DNA from: a bacterium
GTDB taxonomy: Bacteria; Patescibacteriota; Minisyncoccia; Phycocordibacterales; DATDWN01
Assembly (NCBI GenBank): GCA_037134875.1
Contig: JBAXLH010000002.1
Location: 27,719-91,718 of the forward strand
Reading direction: 5' to 3'
DNA length: 64,000 bases
A program made the position numbers and the translations under genes. The first letter of the stretch is position 1; every line of letters begins with the position of its first letter. Shown here piece after piece: positions 47,485 to 56,911 of this stretch. The notes beneath the pieces were generated by a model. The model was not told where the DNA came from and searched no databases. It worked only from the letters and a program-made list of their open reading frames with translations.

Positions 47485-49020
47485 TTGCCAAAATTTGACT
47501 ACAATGAATATATGGCAGATATAAAGGATCTACTTTCCCTACTCCAAAATCCAACAGATAAAGAAAAAGAGCTTGTTCAAAAAGCCTATGATTTTGCCTA
47601 TGAGGCACACAAAAACCAAAAAAGACTCTCTGGAGAGCCATATTTCAGCCATGTTTTCGCCACAGCCACATATATTGCCGAACTCGGAATGGGAGCAACG
47701 ACTGTTTCCGCCGGACTTTTGCACGACACCTTGGAGGATACACCTACTACACCAGAAGAAATTGAGAAAGAATTCGGAAAAGAAATTCGCTTTTTGGTAG
47801 AAGGTGTGACAAAACTCGGCACGATCAAATACCAAAATACGAGTCGTCACAATGAATCACTACGAAAACTTTTTGTGGCAATGTCACAAGATATTCGCGT
47901 ACTCATTATCAAACTCTGTGACAGACTACATAATATGCAGACTTTGCGATATATACCAAAAGAAAAACAACTTCGTATTGCAAAAGAAACCCTCGAAATC
48001 TACGCACCGCTCGCATATAGACTTGGTATCAAAAAACTCCAACGAGATTTGGAAGATTTGGCATTTCAATATATATATCCAGAAGAAAGTGAAAAAATAA
48101 AAAAACTGTTCAACATAAAAAAGAATGAGCAGGAAGAGCATTTGGACAAGTTCCAAAAATCACTCAAAAAAGAGCTCGCAAAAAATGAAATTACAAATTT
48201 CAAAATGGATCATCGCGTCAAAAGTATTTATTCTCTCTACAAAAAACTGAAAAGGTATGAAATGAATATCGAAACTATTTACGATATTTCAGCTCTTCGT
48301 ATTATTGTCCCCGAAGTCTCTGATTGTTACAGAATTCTAGGTATCATTCATGGAGAATGGCGACCACTACCCGGTAAAATCAAAGACTATATCGCAACAC
48401 CAAAACTTTCCGGCTATCAGTCTCTGCACACAACCATCTTTAGCGGTGATGGTGGAATTATCGAAATTCAAATCAGAACAGAAGATATGCACAAAGAAGC
48501 CGAGTATGGTATCGCATCACATATGTCATACAAAGATGGCTTGAAAAAGAAAAAAACAAATCCGAATCTGCTGTGGGTCAAAAAAATCCTGCCTATAAAA
48601 AATATTGATGAAATAGATACGAGTAAAAATCTGGATGTAAAAGACATTCCGACGTGGATTAAAGAACTTGTTGAATACCAAAAAGCAAGTGGGGATGAAT
48701 CTATGGAAGAAATCAAGTCAGACTTTTTCGAGGAGAGAATTTTTGTGTTTACCCCAAAGGGAGACGTGATTGATTTACCTGTAAACTCATCTGTGATTGA
48801 TTTTGCGTACAGTGTGCATTCTGATATTGGAAACCATCTCTCTGGCGCAAAGGTCAATGGAAAATTTACTGCCATTTATACAGTCTTGCAAAACGGTGAT
48901 AGAGTTGAAATTGAGACCAAAAAAACGGCTAAACCAAGCCATAAATGGCTGGAATTCTGCAAAACGACCATGGCAAAAAGGCATATTAGAAACACTCTCG
49001 GTATTACAAACAAAAACTAG
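47485..49020 (+). CDS. RelA/SpoT-homologue (p)ppGpp synthetase/hydrolase, short form
   Basis: 511 aa. HD hydrolase (HVFATATYI...LHDTLEDT). Synthetase (RVKSIYSLYKKLKR...). TGS (ERIFVFTPKGDVIDLP...IDFAYSVHSDIGNH). Ends before any ACT domain. Confidence 0.8.
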   Translation: MPKFDYNEYMADIKDLLSLLQNPTDKEKELVQKAYDFAYEAHKNQKRLSGEPYFSHVFATATYIAELGMGATTVSAGLLHDTLEDTPTTPEEIEKEFGKEIRFLVEGVTKLGTIKYQNTSRHNESLRKLFVAMSQDIRVLIIKLCDRLHNMQTLRYIPKEKQLRIAKETLEIYAPLAYRLGIKKLQRDLEDLAFQYIYPEESEKIKKLFNIKKNEQEEHLDKFQKSLKKELAKNEITNFKMDHRVKSIYSLYKKLKRYEMNIETIYDISALRIIVPEVSDCYRILGIIHGEWRPLPGKIKDYIATPKLSGYQSLHTTIFSGDGGIIEIQIRTEDMHKEAEYGIASHMSYKDGLKKKKTNPNLLWVKKILPIKNIDEIDTSKNLDVKDIPTWIKELVEYQKASGDESMEEIKSDFFEERIFVFTPKGDVIDLPVNSSVIDFAYSVHSDIGNHLSGAKVNGKFTAIYTVLQNGDRVEIETKKTAKPSHKWLEFCKTTMAKRHIRNTLGITNKN

Positions 49021-50114
49021 ATTGAGAAATTTTTGATGGAATACATCTCGCCATCATCTATATCTGTGTTTTCTTCTTTTTTGATTTCCTCTGGACTCCT
49101 GTCATCCAAACTTTCTGGCTCTGACTCGGTCTGATCTGTATTTTCGGATTTTTCTGGAGATGTTGCGGTATCATTTTTTGCCAAAGCATTTTTGTAGCGA
49201 GGCAATTTCATAATGGATTCGTTGACCGGTGGTTCAGGATTTTTTTCTATAAACTTGTCCAGCATTTCTGTTGGTGATTTTGGTTTGTTTGATTTTATTA
49301 ACTCCAAAATACTGTTGAGATCGTCTTGAGAAAAGAAATCTATCATAATTTTTCCTCCGTGTTCTTTCTTTTCAATTGACACCCGTGTTCCCAAAGTCTC
49401 GGTCAATTTTTCCTCCATTTCCTGAGTTTCAATATCGAGTGTAAAACCTTTTTTGTGTGTTTTATCATATGCAATTCTCCGAGCGATTGATTCTGCTTCT
49501 CGCACGGTCAATTTTTTAAACATTATTTCCTTGAACAACGTCATTTGCTCCTCTGGTCTGTCAGCGAGAGTCATAAGAGGTCTCGTGTGTCCCTCGGAAA
49601 TCTTACCGGTAGACAATGCGTCCAAAATTTCCGGGGAGAGAGCAAGAATACGCAACGTGTTGGTAACATACACGCGACTCTTGCCAACTTTCTCAGCAAT
49701 GGTGCTATGTTTGAAACCAAATTCATTTACCAGACGCTCAAATGCTCTAGCCCTGTCTACAGGATTGAGATCTTCGCGTTGAACATTTTCAATAATAGCA
49801 AGCTCGAGCTTCATCAGGTCATTTTCCTCGTCACCCACTTTGATAAGACATGGTACCTGCTGAAGACCGGCAATTCTCGATGCACGCAAACGACGCTCCC
49901 CCGCGATGAGCTCGTACTCCACAGCCAAACCTCCATCCTCTTTTGGAACTTCTTTACGAGTCACGACGAGTGCCTGCAAAACGCCATACTGCCGAATAGA
50001 GTCGGCAAGCGACTGAAGTTGCATCTCGTCAAACTCACGCCGAGGCTGAAATGGATTCGGGTGAATCTTGTCAACGTCAATCCAAAAAACTGAATCATTA
50101 TAAAATTGCGACAT
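49017..50114 (-). CDS. parB: ParB/Spo0J-family partition protein with acidic C-terminal tail
   Basis: 365 aa. ParB box LIAGERRLRASRIAGL. HTH. C-terminal Glu/Asp/Ser-rich region. Confidence 0.8.
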   Translation of the reverse strand: MSQFYNDSVFWIDVDKIHPNPFQPRREFDEMQLQSLADSIRQYGVLQALVVTRKEVPKEDGGLAVEYELIAGERRLRASRIAGLQQVPCLIKVGDEENDLMKLELAIIENVQREDLNPVDRARAFERLVNEFGFKHSTIAEKVGKSRVYVTNTLRILALSPEILDALSTGKISEGHTRPLMTLADRPEEQMTLFKEIMFKKLTVREAESIARRIAYDKTHKKGFTLDIETQEMEEKLTETLGTRVSIEKKEHGGKIMIDFFSQDDLNSILELIKSNKPKSPTEMLDKFIEKNPEPPVNESIMKLPRYKNALAKNDTATSPEKSENTDQTESEPESLDDRSPEEIKKEENTDIDDGEMYSIKNFSI

Positions 50115-50126
50115 ACCTATATTTTA

Positions 50127-51164
50127 TCACGTTACTATCTCGGGCTCAACTTCCAGATGAATGTCAAACACTTTTAAAACTTTTGTCTGTATTTTTTTAA
50201 TTAAAGCTCGTAAATCTGTTGGTTTGGCAGGTTTTTTTAATATAATAACCAAAGCATTCTTGTGATATATTCCAGCACTCCCAAGCCAGATACCTTTAAA
50301 ATCACATCTGTCAATAAGAAACCCTGCCGGAATTTTTATTTTACTATCAGATTCAAAATGAGGAACATCCGGAAATTTTTTCTGTATTTTTTTTAATTTA
50401 TTTTTTGAGACAAACGGATTTTTGAAGAAAGATCCACAGTTTGGAATTTTTTTTGGATCGGGAAGTTTTGATTTTCGTATGTCAATGATTGTCTTGTAAA
50501 TTGCAATCAGCTTGTTATCGCCTTTTCTTACATATTTATCTACAAGCTCCGATACACCTGTATATGTTGGAACTTTTGGTTCTTTTTTTGATAATTCAAA
50601 TAGTACCGAAACAATAATGGCTTTATTTTTGAGTGATTTTTTAAAAATACTATCTCGATACGAAAAATCACACTCCGTGTTTTTAAGTGATTTTATTTGA
50701 AAATCTTTTGTATCAAAATAAGAAACATTTTTAATTGTATCTTTTACTTCACATCCATATGCACCAACATTTTGGACAGGAGTAGCACCGACAGTCCCAG
50801 GAATAAGAGAGAGTGACTCGATACCGGAATAACCAGACTCGACAGCCCACGTAACAAATGTGTGCCACATAAAACCTGCACCGACTTCTACAAGGACGGT
50901 ATCCGAATTTTCTTTAATTATCTGCAAAAAATTAATTCTATTCAAAATCACAATACCGTCCCAATTTTTTGTTAAAACTATATTTGATCCTCCTCCAAGA
51001 ATTAGAGTCTTTAATTTTTCTTTTTTTGCAAAATGAATTGCTTTCTTTAGATCTATATTATTTTGTACCACACAAAAATATTTTGAAAACACATCAAACC
51101 CTAGAGTTGTATATTTTTTAAGTGATCTATTTTTATATATATTCATAGTATTTCTGTTATCCAC
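50127..51164 (-). CDS. murB: UDP-N-acetylenolpyruvoylglucosamine reductase
   Basis: 345 aa. FAD-binding LILGGGSNIV. MurB C-terminal domain. Confidence 0.8.
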   Translation of the reverse strand: MDNRNTMNIYKNRSLKKYTTLGFDVFSKYFCVVQNNIDLKKAIHFAKKEKLKTLILGGGSNIVLTKNWDGIVILNRINFLQIIKENSDTVLVEVGAGFMWHTFVTWAVESGYSGIESLSLIPGTVGATPVQNVGAYGCEVKDTIKNVSYFDTKDFQIKSLKNTECDFSYRDSIFKKSLKNKAIIVSVLFELSKKEPKVPTYTGVSELVDKYVRKGDNKLIAIYKTIIDIRKSKLPDPKKIPNCGSFFKNPFVSKNKLKKIQKKFPDVPHFESDSKIKIPAGFLIDRCDFKGIWLGSAGIYHKNALVIILKKPAKPTDLRALIKKIQTKVLKVFDIHLEVEPEIVT

Positions 51165-51205
51165 AGCCTCATCTTATATTATATCATATATGATATAATC
51201 AAAAT

Positions 51206-52714
51206 ATGACAACAATAAAAATCGGAGAAATTATAAAACAAGCTCGGGAATACAAAAACCTTACCCAAGGAGAATTGGCAAAGAAATTACATACATCTCA
51301 ATCAGCGGTTGCAAGAATGGAAAAAGGAGAACAAAATCTAACAGCGGAACAGATTTCAAAAATCAGTAATATTTTAGGAAAATCTCTTGTAAAGATAGAA
51401 GGTGAAATGGATGATTTCAAAATAGAAGGAGGGAGAAAACTCTCTGGCTTCATACAAACAAACACCTCAAAAAATGGTGCTCTCGGACTCTTTTGTGCTT
51501 CCCTGCTCAACAAACAACCGACATTATTACACGGAATTCCTCACATTGAAGAAATCTCTCGCATTATAGAAATTTTTGAAAGTATCGGTGTAAAAATAGA
51601 ATGGGTAGCACACAATTCTGTTCGAATAATTCCTCCAAAAAAATTCTTCTTGAAAAATTTAAACGCAGAAAGTGCCGGAAAGATTCGATCTGTTCTTATG
51701 GTTATTGGTTCACTTATTCATTATGAAAAAAAATTTAGCATTCCACATGCCGGTGGTTGTAATATGGGACAGAGAACAATCGCTGCACACAGATATGGCT
51801 TTGAATCCCTTGGTGTCGATATCCAAACAAAAAATGACTGTTATGAAGTAACTCACAAAAAACTAAAACCTGCCGATATTGTCTTGTATGAGGCATCAGA
51901 TACTGCCACAGAAAATCTCCTCATTGCCTCAGCGCTAATTCCGGGAATAACAACTCTCAGATTTACTCCTCCAAATTATCAAGTCCAAGAAGTTTGTTTT
52001 TTCCTACAAAAATGTGGCGTAAAAATAGATGGAATCGGTACCAGTACACTCATTATACACGGCATAAAAGAGATAAATATTCCAATAGAATATTGGAATA
52101 GTGAAGATCCAACAGAATCAATGATGTTCATTGCGTCGGCAATAGTAACAAACTCCACACTGACAATTACCCGTTGTCCAATTGATTTTCTTTCTCTCGA
52201 ACTTTTGAAATTGGAAAAAATGGGTCTCATATATAGAACATCAAAAATATATATGGCAAAAAACGAACATACACGACTGTGTGATATTGTCATTTATCCT
52301 TCCAAACTAAAAGCTTCTCGTGACAAAATACACGCCTCGGCCTATCCAGGTATAAATACAGACAATCTTCCCTTCTTTGTGCCCATAGTAACTCAGGCAG
52401 AAGGCACGACGCTCATTCACGACTGGATGTGGGAAAATAGAGCAATATATTTCACAGAACTTAATCGACTTGGTGCCGATATCATCCTAGCAGATCCTCA
52501 TAGGGTTTTTGTTACTGGCCCAAGAATACTCAAAGCAAATCAAATCGTTTGCCCGCCCGCGCTCAGACCGTCAACAATTATTCTTGTTGCAATGCTTGGT
52601 GCAAAAGGAACTTCCATTTTACGCAATGTATATGCCATCAATCGCGGATACGAAAATATTGCCGAGCGACTAAACTCGATCGGTGCAAATATAAAACTAT
52701 TAAATGAATTCTAA
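51206..52714 (+). CDS. murA: XRE-family HTH domain fused to UDP-N-acetylglucosamine 1-carboxyvinyltransferase (MurA)
   Basis: 502 aa. Residues 1-65 are a Cro/C1 HTH (IIKQAREYKNLTQGELAKKLHTSQSAVARMEKGEQNLTAEQISKISNILG). The rest is EPT-fold MurA including a candidate catalytic Cys loop (PHAGGCNMGQRTIAAH). Confidence 0.8.
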   Translation: MTTIKIGEIIKQAREYKNLTQGELAKKLHTSQSAVARMEKGEQNLTAEQISKISNILGKSLVKIEGEMDDFKIEGGRKLSGFIQTNTSKNGALGLFCASLLNKQPTLLHGIPHIEEISRIIEIFESIGVKIEWVAHNSVRIIPPKKFFLKNLNAESAGKIRSVLMVIGSLIHYEKKFSIPHAGGCNMGQRTIAAHRYGFESLGVDIQTKNDCYEVTHKKLKPADIVLYEASDTATENLLIASALIPGITTLRFTPPNYQVQEVCFFLQKCGVKIDGIGTSTLIIHGIKEINIPIEYWNSEDPTESMMFIASAIVTNSTLTITRCPIDFLSLELLKLEKMGLIYRTSKIYMAKNEHTRLCDIVIYPSKLKASRDKIHASAYPGINTDNLPFFVPIVTQAEGTTLIHDWMWENRAIYFTELNRLGADIILADPHRVFVTGPRILKANQIVCPPALRPSTIILVAMLGAKGTSILRNVYAINRGYENIAERLNSIGANIKLLNEF

Positions 52715-52760
52715 AAATTAAAATCTTAAGTTGATTGAAGTATTGATTTGTTGACTATGT

Positions 52761-53165
52761 TTGTGTTATGGTGGCACCGGAATCAAACCTATGGACACTT
52801 CCAGTATTGATATGGAAATTATATTTGAAGGAATAGACAACCATACTCTCAGCGGACGGAAAATATTACAGATCCCTAAGCAAAATAATTTGAACATCCT
52901 AAGTCAGCAAGAAGTCCTTGAACTTTTCGAGACCAATAGTCCGGTTTTGGAGCGATTCAAGGTGTACAACCTTCTTCGCCGACCAGTTTTTATTTTTTGT
53001 AATGAAATGTTTCCTACTCCACATTCTGATGTAGCAAGTGGAGACAAAAGTGTATGGTATTTCTGTTGGATAGAAACATTTAACTCTTGGTACAAGTGCC
53101 ATTGGAGGGTTGAAGACACATGGAACGTAACAGTGGCAATATTAGTCAATCGCACCAGTAGATAG
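52761..53165 (+). CDS. Hypothetical protein (ends 11 nt before the island's left att repeat)
   Basis: 134 aa ORF. No motif. Confidence 0.3.
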   Translation: MCYGGTGIKPMDTSSIDMEIIFEGIDNHTLSGRKILQIPKQNNLNILSQQEVLELFETNSPVLERFKVYNLLRRPVFIFCNEMFPTPHSDVASGDKSVWYFCWIETFNSWYKCHWRVEDTWNVTVAILVNRTSR

Positions 53166-53322
53166 GTGCGTTTTTTGTGCCGGAGGGGAGAAGACTTGGT
53201 CAGGAATATTTTATTCGCCGTCGCTCATAAAATTTCCCGACCCGGCCTTCGCGACCAAGTCTGCTGACTTGGTACCCGCTCCGGCTTTCAAGTCTCCCAC
53301 GCAAAGCTTCGCTTTGCTTCCT

Positions 53323-53614
53323 GTGCGTTTATTTTACCAAATCCGAACCTGTTTTCAAAATAGCAATGTTGGCAATGACAACATCGGCAAGTAATGTGCC
53401 ACGCTCCACGCCTGTGGTGATGTGAAGCTAATCGTACGCAAAAGAATTCCGTCACGCCGTAGCGTCCACTACAGCGAACCTCACCGAGCACCTACAGGTG
53501 CTCGTCTCGTCTCGCTTCCGTTCCCGCTCCGTCGTTCCGCCCTCGCCTTTCCCCGCATCCATGCTTTTTTGTTTGCGGCGGTTTTTGAATTTTTTTTGGA
53601 ATGGCGCGGGGAAA
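53323..53614. repeat. Left copy of ~290-bp near-identical inverted repeat (IR-L)
   Basis: Reverse complement of 56306-56598 with about 3 mismatches and 1 indel. Confidence 0.85.
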
Positions 53615-53817
53615 GCTCGGGCGGGTTTCCTCTAAGGAGGAAACTGACGGAATTCACTGCTACGTTATCTGCACTTCAGTGACAACTCTAACATAATCAT
53701 TCGCCTCGGACATTCCTTTGGGCTAGTGGTGATATAAACATTGTGGTTATGTAACGACGCCCAAAACGGAATATGTCCGAAGCTACAAAACAAAAACACA
53801 AGACATTGAAATTGTTA

Positions 53818-54096
53818 CTACTTATGTTTTTTGTTTAAAATTTCATCTCTTTCACCGAACCTAAATAATTGTTGATCTTCAACAATACGATAATCATGTT
53901 TTACCACAGCGGCATAGACAGTAGCCTCATCAACATCCTGGCAGGTGTTTAAATCGTTATCTACCCATAAAAATGATCCATTCTCGGTCTGTAAAAAATA
54001 CTTAGACCCCCCTAAGTCTTTTAGCACAGCAAAGACCTTGACCTTCTGATTATCTCGATCAATACCTTTTTTCATTTCAAAATTTCCTTCATTCAT
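53818..54096 (-). CDS. Hypothetical small cargo protein (candidate partner or immunity protein)
   Basis: 92 aa. Lies 6 nt downstream of the large cargo gene on the same strand. Confidence 0.5.
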   Translation of the reverse strand: MNEGNFEMKKGIDRDNQKVKVFAVLKDLGGSKYFLQTENGSFLWVDNDLNTCQDVDEATVYAAVVKHDYRIVEDQQLFRFGERDEILNKKHK

Positions 54097-54101
54097 AATT
54101 A

Positions 54102-56319
54102 TTATTCTATAATATTAATTTTATCACGCCAAACGGGATTATTTCTTAGTTCATCCAAAAAACTAGTATCTTCTTCACTTGCATTTGTCAGTGCTGATCG
54201 AGGAATATTTATACTTTCTATATTTTCAAATTTAGGATTTCTGATCTGTGCTTCAAGATACCCATTAAGTGCGGGGCCAACATGAGATTGATTCTTGGCT
54301 TCAGCTTGACGTTTAAGGTCAACAGCTATTAGGGCTTTTGCAAGTGGGGCGTGATCAGCTGATATTTGTCTGCTTCTTGGATTTTCCACATTTTCATATT
54401 CATCTTCTAAAGCCCTATTTCCCTTAAAGCCAGAACCCTTGCTTTTAATTGTTTTGTTAGTCTTACCCGTAACGAAATTTATACCTTGTGCTTCCATTGA
54501 ATCTCCTTCTGTATATGAAGTTTCTGTGTCGGCCTTAAACTTGATGAATATGTCTCCATATTGTTTAGCCCCTCCGTACATATTTTCGTTATTAAAATCA
54601 TGAGCGTATGCACCATATAGCACAACTTCATTGCCATCCCGCCTGACACCCAATGCTTCTTCAACTGCTTTTCTCTTATTATAATATCTAGGACTTAACG
54701 ACCTAAACATTTTCTTCTTTTCGCTAGCACTCAATCCAAATACATCCTTGAATTCTCCAGAGTCAATAACTTTGCGAATTGAACCCATGCTGGTATTGAC
54801 GCTAATAAAACCTGTAGATTGACTGCGTTCAAATTCACTATTAAGCATTTCCGTGAGTTGTTCACGGCTGATTGTTTTTCGAAAATCCTGTCTAGAAACT
54901 GTAGCTTGCTCGTTTGCCTCTCTCGCTAATTGATAAGCTTGCTCGTCTACTCGCCCATCGACGGTCTCTAGTTCATACATATCAGCCAGTGAATCACGAA
55001 TATTTTGGAAAGATCTTTGAAGAGCCTCTCGTTTATCTTCCGGAGCTTCTGCAAGGGCACTATCTTGGTTTTTGGATGATACACCAAAATTTTTATAAAC
55101 ATTATTTTCTAGATATGTAGACATGTCTTCTTCTGGCGATAGGATAGTATCAAATTTTTGGGCAATTGGTGCTTCTGTCACATGAGTAGCAATTTCTTGA
55201 AGAGGAGTTTTTGGTTCGGCCCGAACATCTGGTTTGTGATCAAAACCTTCCGTATTGTTTATCACATCCCCATGACTCTGTGTCATATCTTCTGGCACGT
55301 GTCTCTCAAGGCCTTCTTTTGTTTCAGTCGCTTCAACTGGAATTGTCTTTTCCGTAATGACTGAAGTTTCTGGGGTTTCTGTTGGCTCAAACTGTTTTAT
55401 TTTTTCATATACAACTTTATTATCTTCTAAGCTACCTTCAGAAATTGGTAGAGATTTAACTACAGATTCAGTAACTTGTACTTCTGGAACTGGTATTGCT
55501 TCTTTCTGAAGATCTTTTAATTCAGTCTGTTGCTCTACTTTTTCAACAACAGATTGTTTTTCTGGTAACCCTTCGATATTTACTAGTTTTTCTTCTCTCT
55601 GCTGATCTGGTTTATACTCATCAACAGCGTGTGGAATTTTTAGTGTATAGATATTTTTACTTTCGTTTAATGTCGTATTCCTAAGATCAAGTAGGTTACT
55701 AATTCTTGGAGCATTTTCTGTTTTTAGGAGTTCTTTTTGTTCAGGACTTCTTGCTAAATTAAATCTTGGTGATTGTAAAGGCACTCGTCCTCTACCTGTC
55801 TCATTCGGTAAAGAATTTTGCTTGTTTCCCGAAATTAATTGAGGTTTTTGTTTATTACCGCCAATCGTATTCCCGGCTGAATTTCCACCTGGAATTTTTG
55901 CTAAAACTTTTTTAGCTTTTGAATCAAAATATAATTTAACGATAGTCAATGTACATTCTGGTAGCATATTAACAATTGGGATAAATCCAATAACAGCTCC
56001 AGCGATCATGGTTTTTTTAGAATATGTTTCCCCATTCATTTTGAAAACGAGCCAAAACGTAGCAAAAGCGAAACCATCTATAAACATGGCTAATATTTCA
56101 CCTGCTATCGGTATTAGACTTATAAGAGCTTCGAGCGTATCAAAAAATAGTGCGGTTCCAATTAAAACCATCCATGTCCCTTTTCCAATATTAGATTTAT
56201 TCTCTTCCACAATATGTCTATTATATAACAGACTAAAATCAATCTCAATAAAATTTATGAGGTAATTACTTATCTGCTTATCAATATGATATTGATCCTT
56301 AAAATTTCCCCGCGCCATT
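54102..56319 (-). CDS. Large hypothetical membrane protein with low-complexity linker and uncharacterised C-terminal domain
   Basis: ~740 aa from MARGNFKD (ATG inside the IR edge). The track's GTG-extended start at 56498 only reads through the repeat. N-terminal 4-5 TM helices. Long Q/E/T/P-rich region. C-terminal ~300-aa globular domain. Confidence 0.55.
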
Positions 56320-56598
56320 CCAAAAAAAAATTCAAAAACCGCCGCAAACAAAAAAGCATGGATGCGGGGAAATGCGAGGGCGGAACGACGGAGCGGGAAC
56401 GGAAGCGAGCCGAGACGAGCACCTGTAGGTGCTCGGTGAGGTTCGCTGTAGTGGACGCTACGGCGTGACGGAATTCTTTTGCGTACGATTAGCTTCACAT
56501 CACCACAGGCGTGGAGCGTGGCACATTACTTGCCGATGTTGTCATTGCCAACATTGCTATTTTGAAAACAGGTTCGGATTTGGTAAAATAAACGCACC
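56306..56598. repeat. Right copy of ~290-bp inverted repeat (IR-R)
   Basis: See IR-L. Contains a TTGGCA-17-TAATGT promoter-like sequence pointing into the cargo. Confidence 0.85.
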
Positions 56599-56710
56599 TT
56601 AAACGAACTAAAGGGTTCTGAACCCGAACCCAAGCGGAACGCGCAAAGCGCGTGCCAAGGATTTTTTGGCGGGATTGCAAGGGAATTTCCCGAATCCAGC
56701 GCGCTCACCG
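56598..56710. repeat. ~113-bp inverted repeat, copy C (partner at 58336-58450)
   Basis: cgaactaaagggttctgaacccgaacccaagcggaacgcgcaaagcgcgtgccaagg... is the exact reverse complement of 58340-58445. Confidence 0.8.
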
Positions 56711-56810
56711 CTACTTTTTTTTCGCCGAGGAGGAGGTTCGAAATCAGAAGCAATTTTGACTAATTTATTTTGCTTGCAAGACAAAAAGAATTTTTGCTAT
56801 ACTATGTTTG

Positions 56811-56885
56811 CAACCAACTGATCGAAAGGCTTTTTTAATGGCCGTCTTGGACAATTCGAAGCTTTTCGAGTTGGTTGCACCAGGA
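56811..56885 (+). promoter_or_regulatory. Nested inverted repeats (candidate operator/recombinase-binding site) between a TGn-TATACT promoter and the integrase start
   Basis: gcaaccaact...agttggttgc and aatggccgtc...gacggccatt. Confidence 0.35.
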
Positions 56886-56911
56886 CGGCCATTTAAGTTT
56901 TCAAAATATAT

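Noticed and set aside
53422-53682. 86-aa GTG-initiated ORF in IR-L, and the matching N-terminal 60-aa extension of the large cargo ORF (to 56498) in IR-R
   Set aside because: Both arise only because the inverted repeat lacks stop codons in that frame. The cargo protein has an ATG (MARGNF...) at the repeat edge followed immediately by its TM domain. The extension is therefore treated as non-coding repeat sequence.
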